Source: an uncultured Alphaproteobacteria bacterium (lineage in GTDB: Bacteria; Pseudomonadota; Alphaproteobacteria; RF32; CAG-239). Taken from it: DNA of 64,000 nucleotides. Under the pieces are notes generated by a model, which made no database searches, was not told the DNA's origin, and saw only the letters and a list, made by a program, of their open reading frames with translations. This document shows positions 38,801 through 47,089 of the stretch, one piece after another. Every line of letters begins with the position of its first letter. Position 1 is the stretch's first letter. The DNA is taken from NCBI GenBank assembly GCA_944393225.1, contig CALXZK010000006.1, positions 10,004 through 74,003 on the forward strand. The letters run 5' to 3'. The position numbers and the translations under genes are program-made.

Positions 38801-39125
38801 TTATCCATTCGGCACATTCTTTAGAAATTGCTTTTTGTGTCATCTGATTTCTCAGGCGAACCTCAAACTCAGTACCATATAAACTCTTCTCTCTGTTTAA
38901 TCTTGGGATATAAAACTCTCGCTTTTCCTTTTCTATCTTATCACCTAAAAAAGCCGGACTGGTAAAAATAAAACGCAACTCATCAATTTTATTGAGCTGT
39001 TTCTTTAAGCTTTCATAAGCATAGATGGAAAAACAAGATGCCGCTATGGATAATTTACTTCCTGATTTGATTTCCTCTTTCAGATCATCAACTAATCTTG
39101 TTGTCCTATTATCAAACTGTTGCAT
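35868..39125 (-). CDS. SNF2-family (SF2) helicase associated with Type III RM
   Basis: ILADSVGLGKT, VIDESHNFRN, MLSATPVNN, TDCISEGQNLQD, WNPVRIIQRFGRIDRIG. Confidence 0.92.
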   Translation of the reverse strand: MQQFDNRTTRLVDDLKEEIKSGSKLSIAASCFSIYAYESLKKQLNKIDELRFIFTSPAFLGDKIEKEKREFYIPRLNREKSLYGTEFEVRLRNQMTQKAISKECAEWIRNKVKFKSNISATRGIVGFLNINEDYTYMPLDGFTTVDLGSERGNDIFKMTMKIPAPYTKQYIKGFEEVWNDKEHMKDVTEQVLEHIELVYEENSPEFIYMITLYHIFSEFLEDIEDNIPNEATGFKNSQVWNMLYSFQKDAALAIIHKLEKFNGCILADSVGLGKTFTALSVIKYYENRNKNVLVLCPKKLSDNWMNYKGNYQNNPLINDRLRYDVLFHTDLSRESGYTNGVNLSLINWGNYDLVVIDESHNFRNGSLVTTDEDGLEHFNRYATLMKNVIKSGVKTKVLMLSATPVNNRFVDLKNQLQLAYEGVEDELNKKLKTQKPLSTIFNNAQRAFNLWSKLPTEERTTERLLSELDFDFFEVLDSVTIARSRKHIEKYYDMTEIGKFPTRLPPINKSPSLADNTNISYEEIFKSLESLNLSVYSPSSYLFPSRLAKYESKYGKRGKMGISLAGREFGLKQLMAVNLLKRLESSVYSFRITTSKILEQIQKAISAIDNYEKNKTCSTYSDEIELDFDGELSDLISAGGKYQLDFKDMDYRAWRVDLNTDKEILEHLLLEVSTITPEKDKKLQTLLEVVRNKIKHPINDGNKKVLIFTAFADTAEYLYDNLSKIIKNELGLNTAMVTGSTDGKTTIDKMPADFNTVLACFSPISKDRNKLNKIPDGDIDILIGTDCISEGQNLQDCDYLINFDIHWNPVRIIQRFGRIDRIGSQNDKIQLVNFWPNIKLDEYINLKNRVETRMKITVMTSTGEDNPIDITEKGDLEYRRKQLEKLQKEVVDPEDISGGVNIMDLGLNEFRLDLVEYKKHHDDVEKAPLGMHAVAMAAGDGLPPGVIYILRNVNNVRDIDNPNRLHPFYMVYMKDDGTVQYNHLEPHKLLSYMRLVCKGFSTPDKSRCALFNKQTKDGMDMSKYSDLLGKAIQSIIQVKDESEVDSLFSDGSSTFGQGEIKGLDDFELICFVVLKSDEEVYGSKK

Positions 39126-39131
39126 GATAGT

Positions 39132-39302
39132 TTATTCCCGACAATTGTTAATCCATTGTTCAAGTTCTGATTTTTTAAAACGCCAGAACTTTCCTACTCT
39201 AAAAGCGGGAAGTTGTTTTTCTGCTACCAGTTTATAGACCGTTTTTTTAGCAAGCTTTAAATATGCTGCAACTTCATCAACCGTTAAAATTTCACTATCC
39301 AT
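39132..39302 (-). CDS. Excisionase-like helix-turn-helix (HTH_17) DNA-binding protein
   Basis: LTVDEVAAYLKLAKKTVYKL...LPAFRVGKFWRFKKSELEQWI; AAGGA SD before ATG 39302. Confidence 0.9.
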   Translation of the reverse strand: MDSEILTVDEVAAYLKLAKKTVYKLVAEKQLPAFRVGKFWRFKKSELEQWINNCRE

Positions 39303-39466
39303 GGAGCGTTCCTTATAAAATATTAAAATCATGCTATAAAGATAAATCTAATTTTGCAAGAAAAAACTTCAAAAGGAATAAAACGGAGCCAAAAGACTTA
39401 AAATCTATGTTACATAGCTTTTAAATAGAGTACAACATTATACATAAATATATTTAAATAAAAGTA

Positions 39467-39495
39467 TTGACATTTATAATATACTATGATATACA
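39467..39495 (+). promoter_or_regulatory. Sigma70-like promoter for the island backbone
   Basis: TTGACA-17 bp-TATACA with extended TG, followed by AAGGAGG SD and ATG 39525. Confidence 0.6.
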
Positions 39496-39524
39496 TAAGC
39501 ACATAAGAAGGTAAGGAGGGCTCT

Positions 39525-39890
39525 ATGGCATTTGAAAAATTTATTATCCAAACCAAAAAAAACTTCCCAGCTGCGTCAATTTCAACGCTTGGAAGACTTA
39601 GCCTGAATGAGGCTGCAATCGCCGCTTTTGGTTTACAAACAAAAAACTTTGCAGAACTTTTTTACGATTCGGAAAAGGCACTTATTGGCATAAAATTTTT
39701 GAATGCAGCGACAGAAAACAGTCTAAAAGTCCAAAGACGCGACAACTCTGGTATGTTTTTATCGGTTAAAAGCTTCTTCAAAGCCTATCAGATTGACTAC
39801 TCAACTACATATTTTTGTGAAGTATCACAAGATGAAAAGGATAAAGACTTTTTGATAATAAACTTAAACACCAAGACAGAAAGGAGATAA
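39525..39890 (+). CDS. Hypothetical protein (beta-rich, possibly DNA-binding)
   Basis: Strong SD; 121-aa ORF; no confident family. Confidence 0.7.
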   Translation: MAFEKFIIQTKKNFPAASISTLGRLSLNEAAIAAFGLQTKNFAELFYDSEKALIGIKFLNAATENSLKVQRRDNSGMFLSVKSFFKAYQIDYSTTYFCEVSQDEKDKDFLIINLNTKTERR

Positions 39891-40083
39891 ACCAATGAAT
39901 CGCTGATAATAAAAAAAGAGGTTAAGAAACCGCTATTTCCCAACCTCAGAAGAAATGTTAAAAATTAACATCTCCAAGCAAGAGTTATCTTAACATTTCT
40001 CCGAATAGAATCAAGCTTTTTTTACTTATACCATTTGCGGTTTAGGTACAAATTCATTTTTTCAATAAGAAAGGAGAAAGTTA

Positions 40084-41395
40084 ATGGACAATTCATTAAT
40101 TATTGAAAATATAAACCTTACTTCGTTAAAAACATATCATAACAATGCCAAAGTACATAATGAAGAGCAGCTTCAAGCCTTAGCTTCGTCAATTAAACAA
40201 TTTGGCTTTAATTCCCCCATTTTGATTGATGAGAAAAACGAAATCATTGCCGGGCATGGCCGATTAGAAGCTGCCAAAATTGTCGGATTGACAGAAGTTC
40301 CTGCCATCAGGCTAACTCATTTGTCTGAAGCTCAAAAACGCGCATACCGTCTTGCTGATAACAAAATTGCTGAAAAAGGCGGATGGAATGAAGACATTCT
40401 CAAACTTGAACTTTCTGAGTTAGAAAGCCTGTGTAATGATTTTGACATAACGATCACCGGTTTTAGTTCTGTCGAGTTAGATGTGTTGCTTGATGATACC
40501 GGCAATTCACATAAAATTGATAAGCAGCTTAACACTGATCCTTTTGTTCCTGAAAATGAAATAATTACGCAGCCAGGAGATATTTGGCACCTTGGCAATC
40601 ATCGGATTATCTGCGGCAATTCTCAAGATGAAGAAACCTTCTCAAAATTGATGCAAACTCAAAAAGCAAAGATGGTTTTGCAAGATCCTCCTTTTAATGT
40701 TGCCATTAACGGACATGTTTGCGGAAGCGGCAAAACCAAGCATAAAGAATTTGCTTTTGCCTCTGGTGAAATGACTGATGATCAATTTATCAAATTTTTA
40801 GAAACAAACTTCAGACTTTGCGCCTCTTTTTCACAAGAAGGCTCTCTTCACTATAACTTTATGGACTGGCGACATATTCTTCATATATCGGTTGCAGGAA
40901 AAAATGTTTTTGACTCACTGATTAACCTTTGTGTGTGGAACAAAGGAACTGGCGGCATGGGCAGCTGCTACAGAAGCGCACATGAACTCTGCTTTATTTT
41001 CTAAAAGTCACACTAATAATGTTGAGCTTGGCAAAAATGGTCGCTACCGAACAAATGTTTGGAATTATCCCGGAGTAAATAGTTTTGGTCGTCATCGACA
41101 AGACTTAAAAATGCATCCTACAGTAAAACCAGTAGAAATGCTTTATGATGCTATTTTAGATGTAACCAAGCGTGGTGATTTAGTTTTAGATTCGTTTTTA
41201 GGTTCTGGCTCAAGTTTAATCGCTGCCGAGAAAGCACACAGGATCTGCTATGGCATTGAATGCGAGATGCTTTATATCGATACCACAATCAGACGTTTTC
41301 AAAATATCTTCAAGATTGATGCTGTCCGTGAAAAAGACGGTAAGACATACAATCAATTATTGGAAGAACTAAAATCAGGAGACACTCATGACTAA
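40084..41395 (+). pseudogene. ParB/Srx N-terminal domain + N4/N6 DNA methyltransferase fusion, frameshifted near 41000
   Basis: Frame 1: SIKQFGF...IIAGHGRLEAA...AYRLADNK, DPPF, HELCFIF*. Frame 2 continues KSHTNNVELGKNGRYRTNVW...HPTVKP...DSFLGSGS. Confidence 0.85.
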
Positions 41396-41768
41396 TAAGA
41401 CTTATGATGTTGGCTATTGCAATCCACCACAACATTCCCGCTTTCAGAAAGGGAAAAGCGGCAATCCTTCAGGGCGTCCTAAGCACAGCCGAAATACGTA
41501 TAAGCTATTGGAAGATATTTTGGAGCAGAAGGTTTCAATCGTCCAAGATGGTAAGCAAATCAAAATTTCAAAAAAGGTAGCGATTCTTTTGCAGGCGGTC
41601 AATTCTGCGGTTAAAGGCGATACAAAAGCCATTCGCGATTTATTTCCTCATTTGTTGGCTGTCGATGCCAAACAAGAAGAGAAAGAACAAAAAAGAGCTT
41701 CACTTAAAGCTGATGATTTAAGCATAATTAATAATTTTTTGCAAAATAAGGAGACCGGAAATGGTTAA
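41388..41768 (+). CDS. DUF5681 domain protein (small-terminase-like)
   Basis: YDVGYCNPPQHSRFQKGKSGNPSGRPK...AVKGDTKA. Confidence 0.8.
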   Translation: MTNKTYDVGYCNPPQHSRFQKGKSGNPSGRPKHSRNTYKLLEDILEQKVSIVQDGKQIKISKKVAILLQAVNSAVKGDTKAIRDLFPHLLAVDAKQEEKEQKRASLKADDLSIINNFLQNKETGNG

Positions 41769-42252
41769 ATTTAAAGTAGATAAATTACTCAATTTTTTAG
41801 AACAAATAAGTCACAATGCTTCCTCTCCAAAGCAACTACTGCAAAATCTTGCAAAAGATTTCCGGTCGTTAAGCTCAGAAGAACAAAAAGATTTTCAGCA
41901 ATTATTGCTTGATATGCTTGATAAAACTTGCAGTTTTAAAAAGATAAAAATTGCTCAGGATGCCGAAAGTAAAGTAAAAAGACCTGAATTTCCTAAAGAC
42001 ATTTTTGAAAAATTGCTTTGGGAATTACAAGACAAACCATCTGAATATATTGAACCTCGGCTGGAGATGATGCGAGCTTGTCTTTCTTTTCCATCGGGCA
42101 AACAATCTAAAACAGCATCAAGCGCCATTCAAGAAATGAAGTTGAGCTTATCTCACAAAGGTTTTTCATTGGCTAAAAAACGCAACGTCTTCTTAAGATG
42201 TTTGTATGAAACATTTTTACTTCAGGAGCTGTACAATGATATCGATGAATAA
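41761..42252 (+). CDS. Hypothetical helical protein
   Basis: AAGGAG SD; overlaps both neighbouring genes. Confidence 0.65.
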   Translation: MVKFKVDKLLNFLEQISHNASSPKQLLQNLAKDFRSLSSEEQKDFQQLLLDMLDKTCSFKKIKIAQDAESKVKRPEFPKDIFEKLLWELQDKPSEYIEPRLEMMRACLSFPSGKQSKTASSAIQEMKLSLSHKGFSLAKKRNVFLRCLYETFLLQELYNDIDE

Positions 42253-43762
42253 CCAAGACTTGCTTAAGGCCATTTTACGTTCAGATCTAAAATCATTTGT
42301 CACAAAAGTGTTTTTTGATGTATCACCCTCGGCTCAATATCTTGATAATTGGCATATTGATCTTATTTGCCAAGAATTAGCACAAATGATAAATGGTCAA
42401 GAAACGCGTTTAATAATTAACATTCCACCACGATATTTAAAATCCATAATCTGTTCGGTTGCACTTCCAGCTTTTATTTTGGGACATAATCCGCAAAGCT
42501 CTATTATCTGCGTAAGTTATTCGGATGATTTGGCGGCAAAACATGCTAATGATTGTCGCAGAATAATTACCTCACAATGGTATCAAGAGCTATTTCCCGA
42601 GACAGTGTTAAGCAGCAATAAAAAATCAACATCAGATTTTGAAACGACTAAAGGAGGAGGAAGATTTTCTACCTCCATAAACGGCACATTAACCGGACGA
42701 GGAGCAGATTGGATTATAATTGACGACCCCATAAAACCGACAGATGCAATGTCAGATAATATCAGAGATAAAGTTAACGACTGGTACCGATCAACACTGT
42801 ACTCCCGTCTCAACAATAAAGTTGAAGGAAAAATCATTCTAATTATGCAGCGCTTACATGAAAATGATATGACCGGATTTTTGCTTGAAAGCGATAAAAA
42901 GTTTAAGCTCATCAAACTCCCAGTCATTGCGGAAGAAGACGAAACATGGATTTTAAAAAATCAATTTACACAAACAACGCGTACAATCGAGCGACATCCT
43001 GGAGATCTTTTGCATCCGCAGAGAGAAAACCTTGAAACGATTAAAGAATTGCAAGATTCTTTAGGCGAGTTTGCCTTTGCAGGGCAATACCAACAAAATC
43101 CCGTTCCCCAAAGTGGTGGAATGGTAAAAAAGGACTGGATGTACTTTTATAATGAGCTGCCAGCATTTAAGCAAATCATTTTGTCTTGGGATACGGCAAG
43201 TAAAGAGGGCTTTGACAATGCATATTCTGCATACGTCTTACTTGGTGTCGATTATAACCGCAAATATTATTTGATTGAGGCTAATCGTTACCGGCTCAAT
43301 TTTCCAGAACTAGTAAAAACAGTAGATAGAATGAATGATCAATGTATTGATTTATTTAAGCAAAAGCCTGATATCCTTATTGAAGATGCATCATCCGGGA
43401 CACAACTTATCCAAGTTTTAAGAGGAGAATATGGTCTATCTCCACATGCAATTAGAGCTGAGCAAGACAAAATTTCACGTATGCAAGCGGTATCTCTAGC
43501 AATAGAGCAACAAAGACTGTTATTTCCCAATCAAGCCGGAATATGGTATCAAACTTTTGAAAAAGAGCTTTTAACATTTCCAAAATCAAGATTTAAGGAT
43601 CAATGTGATGCTTTGAGTCAAGCCGTGTGCTTTTTATCTTCTGAGATACAAAATCCGCAAATCAAACCGTATATAGCCACCGGCAATCATTTTTACACTA
43701 GTGGACATCGATCAACCTATAAAGTACATCCTATGCGAGATCCAAGGAAACTAAGACATTAA
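42236..43762 (+). CDS. Phage terminase large subunit-like protein
   Basis: Walker A INIPPRYLKS, TGRGAD-WIIIDDP (Walker B), MQRLHEND, YQQNP, RNase H-like LSWDTA / IEDASSG / KDQCDA; AGGAG SD before ATG 42236. Confidence 0.88.
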   Translation: MISMNNQDLLKAILRSDLKSFVTKVFFDVSPSAQYLDNWHIDLICQELAQMINGQETRLIINIPPRYLKSIICSVALPAFILGHNPQSSIICVSYSDDLAAKHANDCRRIITSQWYQELFPETVLSSNKKSTSDFETTKGGGRFSTSINGTLTGRGADWIIIDDPIKPTDAMSDNIRDKVNDWYRSTLYSRLNNKVEGKIILIMQRLHENDMTGFLLESDKKFKLIKLPVIAEEDETWILKNQFTQTTRTIERHPGDLLHPQRENLETIKELQDSLGEFAFAGQYQQNPVPQSGGMVKKDWMYFYNELPAFKQIILSWDTASKEGFDNAYSAYVLLGVDYNRKYYLIEANRYRLNFPELVKTVDRMNDQCIDLFKQKPDILIEDASSGTQLIQVLRGEYGLSPHAIRAEQDKISRMQAVSLAIEQQRLLFPNQAGIWYQTFEKELLTFPKSRFKDQCDALSQAVCFLSSEIQNPQIKPYIATGNHFYTSGHRSTYKVHPMRDPRKLRH

Positions 43763-43818
43763 TAAAACTTGACTTAAGACAATGAAAGAGCCTTCATGCA
43801 ACAATATGGAGGCTCTTA

Positions 43819-44076
43819 ATGTATAAAAAACCGCCTATAGCACACCAATTTCAAAAAGGAAAATCAGGAAATCCGAATGGTCGACCAAAAATCTCCGATT
43901 CGGCACTATTTGATTTGACTTCCTTGTTTTTGCAAGCGTTACTGTTAGCAAGGGACAAAGATAAAAGTTCCCGAGACAAATTAAGCAAAATAAGGGAGAT
44001 ATTGTATGAAAAGGAAAATTCATCTACCCAAAAACATCGAAGAGCTAAAAAAATTATCACAAAAAAAGCAGGCTGA
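43819..44076 (+). CDS. Second, short DUF5681 domain protein
   Basis: YKKPPIAHQFQKGKSGNPNGRPK; GGAGG SD. Confidence 0.7.
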   Translation: MYKKPPIAHQFQKGKSGNPNGRPKISDSALFDLTSLFLQALLLARDKDKSSRDKLSKIREILYEKENSSTQKHRRAKKIITKKAG

Positions 44077-44458
44077 GCTTTGGGAGCGTTATGTAAACAG
44101 CCCTTACAATCACCAGCTTCGAGCATTGTGGTATTATATTGCTTGCGAAAATGCCAATCTTAAGATTGAACGCAAACACCTAATTAAGTTAGAAAAATAT
44201 GCTGAAAACCCGGATGAATGTATGATTAAGGTATACAAAACCAAATATAACCTTCATCCGGGGACAGAAATTACTAAAACCTTCCGCAACCATCAATACA
44301 AAGTTATTATAAATGAAGCAAATAATTTTATTTTTGAGGGCAAACATTATAAAACTCTATCGGCAGTTGCCAAAGAAATATGTGGAATAAAAGTATCAGG
44401 CTATGACTTCTTTGGCTTAAACAACAAACGAGCATTAAAGGAGGCAACACATGACTAG
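44006..44458 (+). CDS. DUF2924 domain protein
   Basis: LHPGTEITKTFRNHQYKV...FIFEGKHYKTLSAVAKEICGIKVSGYDFFGL; directly upstream of a serine recombinase. Confidence 0.85.
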   Translation: MKRKIHLPKNIEELKKLSQKKQAELWERYVNSPYNHQLRALWYYIACENANLKIERKHLIKLEKYAENPDECMIKVYKTKYNLHPGTEITKTFRNHQYKVIINEANNFIFEGKHYKTLSAVAKEICGIKVSGYDFFGLNNKRALKEATHD

Positions 44459-46088
44459 AATAAATTGTGCCGTCTATGTTCGTAAATCTACCGAAAAAGG
44501 ATTGGAGCTTGAGTTTAATTCATTGCACAATCAAGAAGAAGCATGCCGAAGCTATATATTATCACAAGCCTTTAACAACTGGGAGTATTTCAAAACTTAT
44601 ATCGATGGCGGAATTTCCGGTGGCACCATGGAACGTCCGGCCTTAAAACAAATGCTTGAAGATATTCGGCATGGATTAATACAGACAGTGGTGGTTTATA
44701 AAGTCGACCGTTTGTCCCGCTCAATTATGGACTTCCATAATATGATGAAAGAATTCGATAAATATGGTTGCAGCTTTGTTTCAATTACTCAAGCCTTTGA
44801 CACGTCGACTTCCATGGGCAAGCTAACGCTAAACATGCTGCTATCATTTGCTCAATTTGAGCGAGAGGTGTCTTCGGAACGTGTCCGTGATAAAATCCGT
44901 GCCAGTAAAGCCAAAGGCCTATGGACTGGAGGGATTCCTAAACTAGGTTATGATATTATAGATAAAAAACTGGTTATAAATTCAATAGAAGCTGAACAGG
45001 TAAAAGATATTTTTGAAAGCTATTTAAAATGTGAATCTTTGGTAGAACTTGAAACCTTTGTCCAAACCAAAGGAATTACTCATAAACATTGGATTACTAA
45101 TAAAGGTGTTGAGAAAGGTGGAAAACCATTAAAAACATCGGCCTTACATAGGTTATTGCATGAAAAAATATATTTAGGTTTAATTGAAAACAAGAAAACA
45201 GGACAAACTTTCAAAGGACACCATCAAGCAATTATCTCCAAAGAATTATGGGAGCAGGTACAAAATAAGCTGAAAGAAAATGATAAATGCAAAAATCCCA
45301 ATCATGTGCCAAATAATAATTTACTTACCGGAAAGCTGTTTAACACAGAAGGAACCGCCTTTGGCAACCAAGCAAACAGCAAAAAGAAAAGTACAAAACG
45401 CCATTATTACGCAATAAAAGGTTTATTCTTGCCAACAGAGCAAATTGATAAACTTACAAAAGAAGCAATAAGCGAAATTCTTAACAGTAACCTCAATGGA
45501 CTAAACAAAGACAGTTCACTTGCTTTAAAGTTAATAAATTTTGCAGATATGGACTATCTGAAACAGCGTAACTTTATCCGTAACTTTGTTAACAAAATAA
45601 TTTATCAAAAAGATCACTTAACATTCTTTTTTAACACCGATCCTTTAATTCTATCAGCTTATACAGGCAATGCGTTAAACGAAAATAACAATCCATTAGA
45701 CTTTATAGCCGATAATACCAACAATCAAATCATCTATGAAAAACAAGTGATTATTAATCGCGGATTATCAAGTAATGTCTATAATGCAGGAAAAGTTGGA
45801 CTGATGAGTATCAATGATAACAATCGCCTCATTGTCCGTGCCTTAGCTTATGCTTGGAAATTTAAGAAACTCTACGAAAAGGGACTAAGCACCGATGACA
45901 TAGCAAAACAAGAAAAAATGTCGAAACGAACCATCTACAAATACTTAAATCTTGCCTACCTCTCACCAAGAATAATTAATCAACTTCTCGATGGAACCTT
46001 AACCATTAACCTTCAAACACTTTTTGAAATCGCCTCTAAAAACCTGAGTTTTGACGAGCAGGAAAAGATGTTAGTAAAATTTGCTTGA
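44451..46088 (+). CDS. Large serine recombinase (island integrase)
   Basis: CAVYVRKST (catalytic Ser), DGGISG, YKVDRLSR, FAQFERE, recombinase domain, C-terminal HTH (IAKQEKMSKRTIYKYLNLAYLSP). Confidence 0.95.
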   Translation: MTRINCAVYVRKSTEKGLELEFNSLHNQEEACRSYILSQAFNNWEYFKTYIDGGISGGTMERPALKQMLEDIRHGLIQTVVVYKVDRLSRSIMDFHNMMKEFDKYGCSFVSITQAFDTSTSMGKLTLNMLLSFAQFEREVSSERVRDKIRASKAKGLWTGGIPKLGYDIIDKKLVINSIEAEQVKDIFESYLKCESLVELETFVQTKGITHKHWITNKGVEKGGKPLKTSALHRLLHEKIYLGLIENKKTGQTFKGHHQAIISKELWEQVQNKLKENDKCKNPNHVPNNNLLTGKLFNTEGTAFGNQANSKKKSTKRHYYAIKGLFLPTEQIDKLTKEAISEILNSNLNGLNKDSSLALKLINFADMDYLKQRNFIRNFVNKIIYQKDHLTFFFNTDPLILSAYTGNALNENNNPLDFIADNTNNQIIYEKQVIINRGLSSNVYNAGKVGLMSINDNNRLIVRALAYAWKFKKLYEKGLSTDDIAKQEKMSKRTIYKYLNLAYLSPRIINQLLDGTLTINLQTLFEIASKNLSFDEQEKMLVKFA

Positions 46089-46120
46089 TTTTTTTTAATA
46101 TATTTATAACATAACACTAT

Positions 46121-46216
46121 GCTAATGGCTAGCTAGCTCATCCGTGCAAAGATTTTATCAGCCACAGATAACATAAACCTTATGGGTTTATTATCTAACC
46201 AACAGATTACGGATGC
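46121..46216 (+). ncRNA. Candidate structured leader RNA upstream of the 46262 gene
   Basis: CATCCGT (46139-46145) pairs with ACGGATG (46209-46215), enclosing an AGATAA/TTATCT + TAAACC/GGTTTA hairpin. Confidence 0.3.
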
Positions 46217-46261
46217 AAAATTTATAGATAATAAGCTCAACCATTTAATAAGGAATATGTT

Positions 46262-46705
46262 ATGAACAACATTGAATATTTCAAACTACAAGCAAAGAAC
46301 TTATATAAAGATTGGAAAAATAGGGAGCAAAAACTCTGTGTTTTCAATATAAAGGATTTGTTTTATATATATAATGTCAAAATAGATGAAAAACCAACAT
46401 TAATGAGAGCTCAACATTTACTTGCTTTAGCTCTAGGGCGCAATAAATGGGCTGACCTTATTAATGAAGCTGACGAGAAACTTAGCTATACTCGTGAGAT
46501 TATGGAAGCTGAGAGGCTAGAATTTAAAGAAACAAAAATAGAAAATACAATAGAAAATACAGCAGAAAACATTAACGAGAATGGTTATACTGGAGAAGTT
46601 GAGTGCCTACATTGTGGACAACGCTTTCCAATAAACAAACCAAACCATTTACCTAGTTGTGATGGTGAAGAATGGGATTTAGTTCCAGTCGAGGAATTAG
46701 ACTAA
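46262..46705 (+). CDS. Hypothetical protein with helical N-terminus and C-terminal Cys/His motif
   Basis: IEYFKLQAKNL...LMRAQHLLALALG..KWADL; C-terminal ECLHCG...H...C; AAGGA SD. Confidence 0.7.
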   Translation: MNNIEYFKLQAKNLYKDWKNREQKLCVFNIKDLFYIYNVKIDEKPTLMRAQHLLALALGRNKWADLINEADEKLSYTREIMEAERLEFKETKIENTIENTAENINENGYTGEVECLHCGQRFPINKPNHLPSCDGEEWDLVPVEELD

Positions 46706-46721
46706 ACAACATACATTGTTT

Positions 46722-46759
46722 TTAGTGGGCTACTATAAATCTTAGTAGCCCACTAATTT
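46722..46759 (+). terminator. 14-bp perfect hairpin, probable terminator
   Basis: TTAGTGGGCTACTA-7 nt-TAGTAGCCCACTAA. Confidence 0.7.
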
Positions 46760-46884
46760 GACTCTGCAAAAAACGGCAATGTATGTAACTGCCGGAAATT
46801 TTGCGTTTTTTGATTTTAAATGAGCTTACCATAGTCAATTTAGCAAAGTCAACCGCCAGCAAAGCCCGCAATACCGCCAGATAC

Positions 46885-46914
46885 AAAAAAAGACGCTATT
46901 TTCAAGCGTCCTTT
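46885..46914 (-). terminator. Island-supplied terminator downstream of tRNA-Ser
   Basis: Minus strand GACGCT-loop-AGCGTC followed by T7. Confidence 0.65.
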
Positions 46915-46923
46915 CAACTAAAC

Positions 46924-47015
46924 TGGCGGAGAGATAGGGATTCGAACCCTAGGTACCCGTTACCGAGCACAATTGATTTCGAGTCAACCGCATTCGACCA
47001 CTCTGCCATCTCTCC
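46924..47015 (-). tRNA. tRNA-Ser(CGA)
   Basis: Reverse complement GGAGAGATGGCAGAGTGGTCGAATGCG-GTTGA-CT-CGA-AA-TCAAT, long variable arm, CTAGGGTTCGAATCCCTATCTCTCCGCCA. Confidence 0.96.
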
Positions 47016-47089
47016 ATTTCTTTTGATACTAATAAATTTTATTCTCTCTTTTGGCAAGAATTATTTTCTTTCTTCCGCAACTAATCTGC

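Larger units (their letters stand above)
25033..46931. mobile_element. ~21.9-kb genomic island integrated at the tRNA-Ser(CGA) 3' end; large serine recombinase, terminase-like backbone and defence cargo
   Basis: Direct repeat TGGCGGAG at 25033-25040 and 46924-46931 (tRNA 3' end). Recombinase lies near the tRNA; abrupt switch to AT-richer accessory genes; housekeeping-type genes on both sides. Confidence 0.85.

Noticed and set aside
35868-39125. DISARM, BREX or Zorya assignment for the SNF2 helicase
   Set aside because: The partner genes of those systems (DUF1998, pglZ/brxC, zorAB) are absent; the context is Type III mod/res.
39525-46088. Complete prophage
   Set aside because: No portal, capsid, tail, lysis or replication genes were recognised between the two att repeats.
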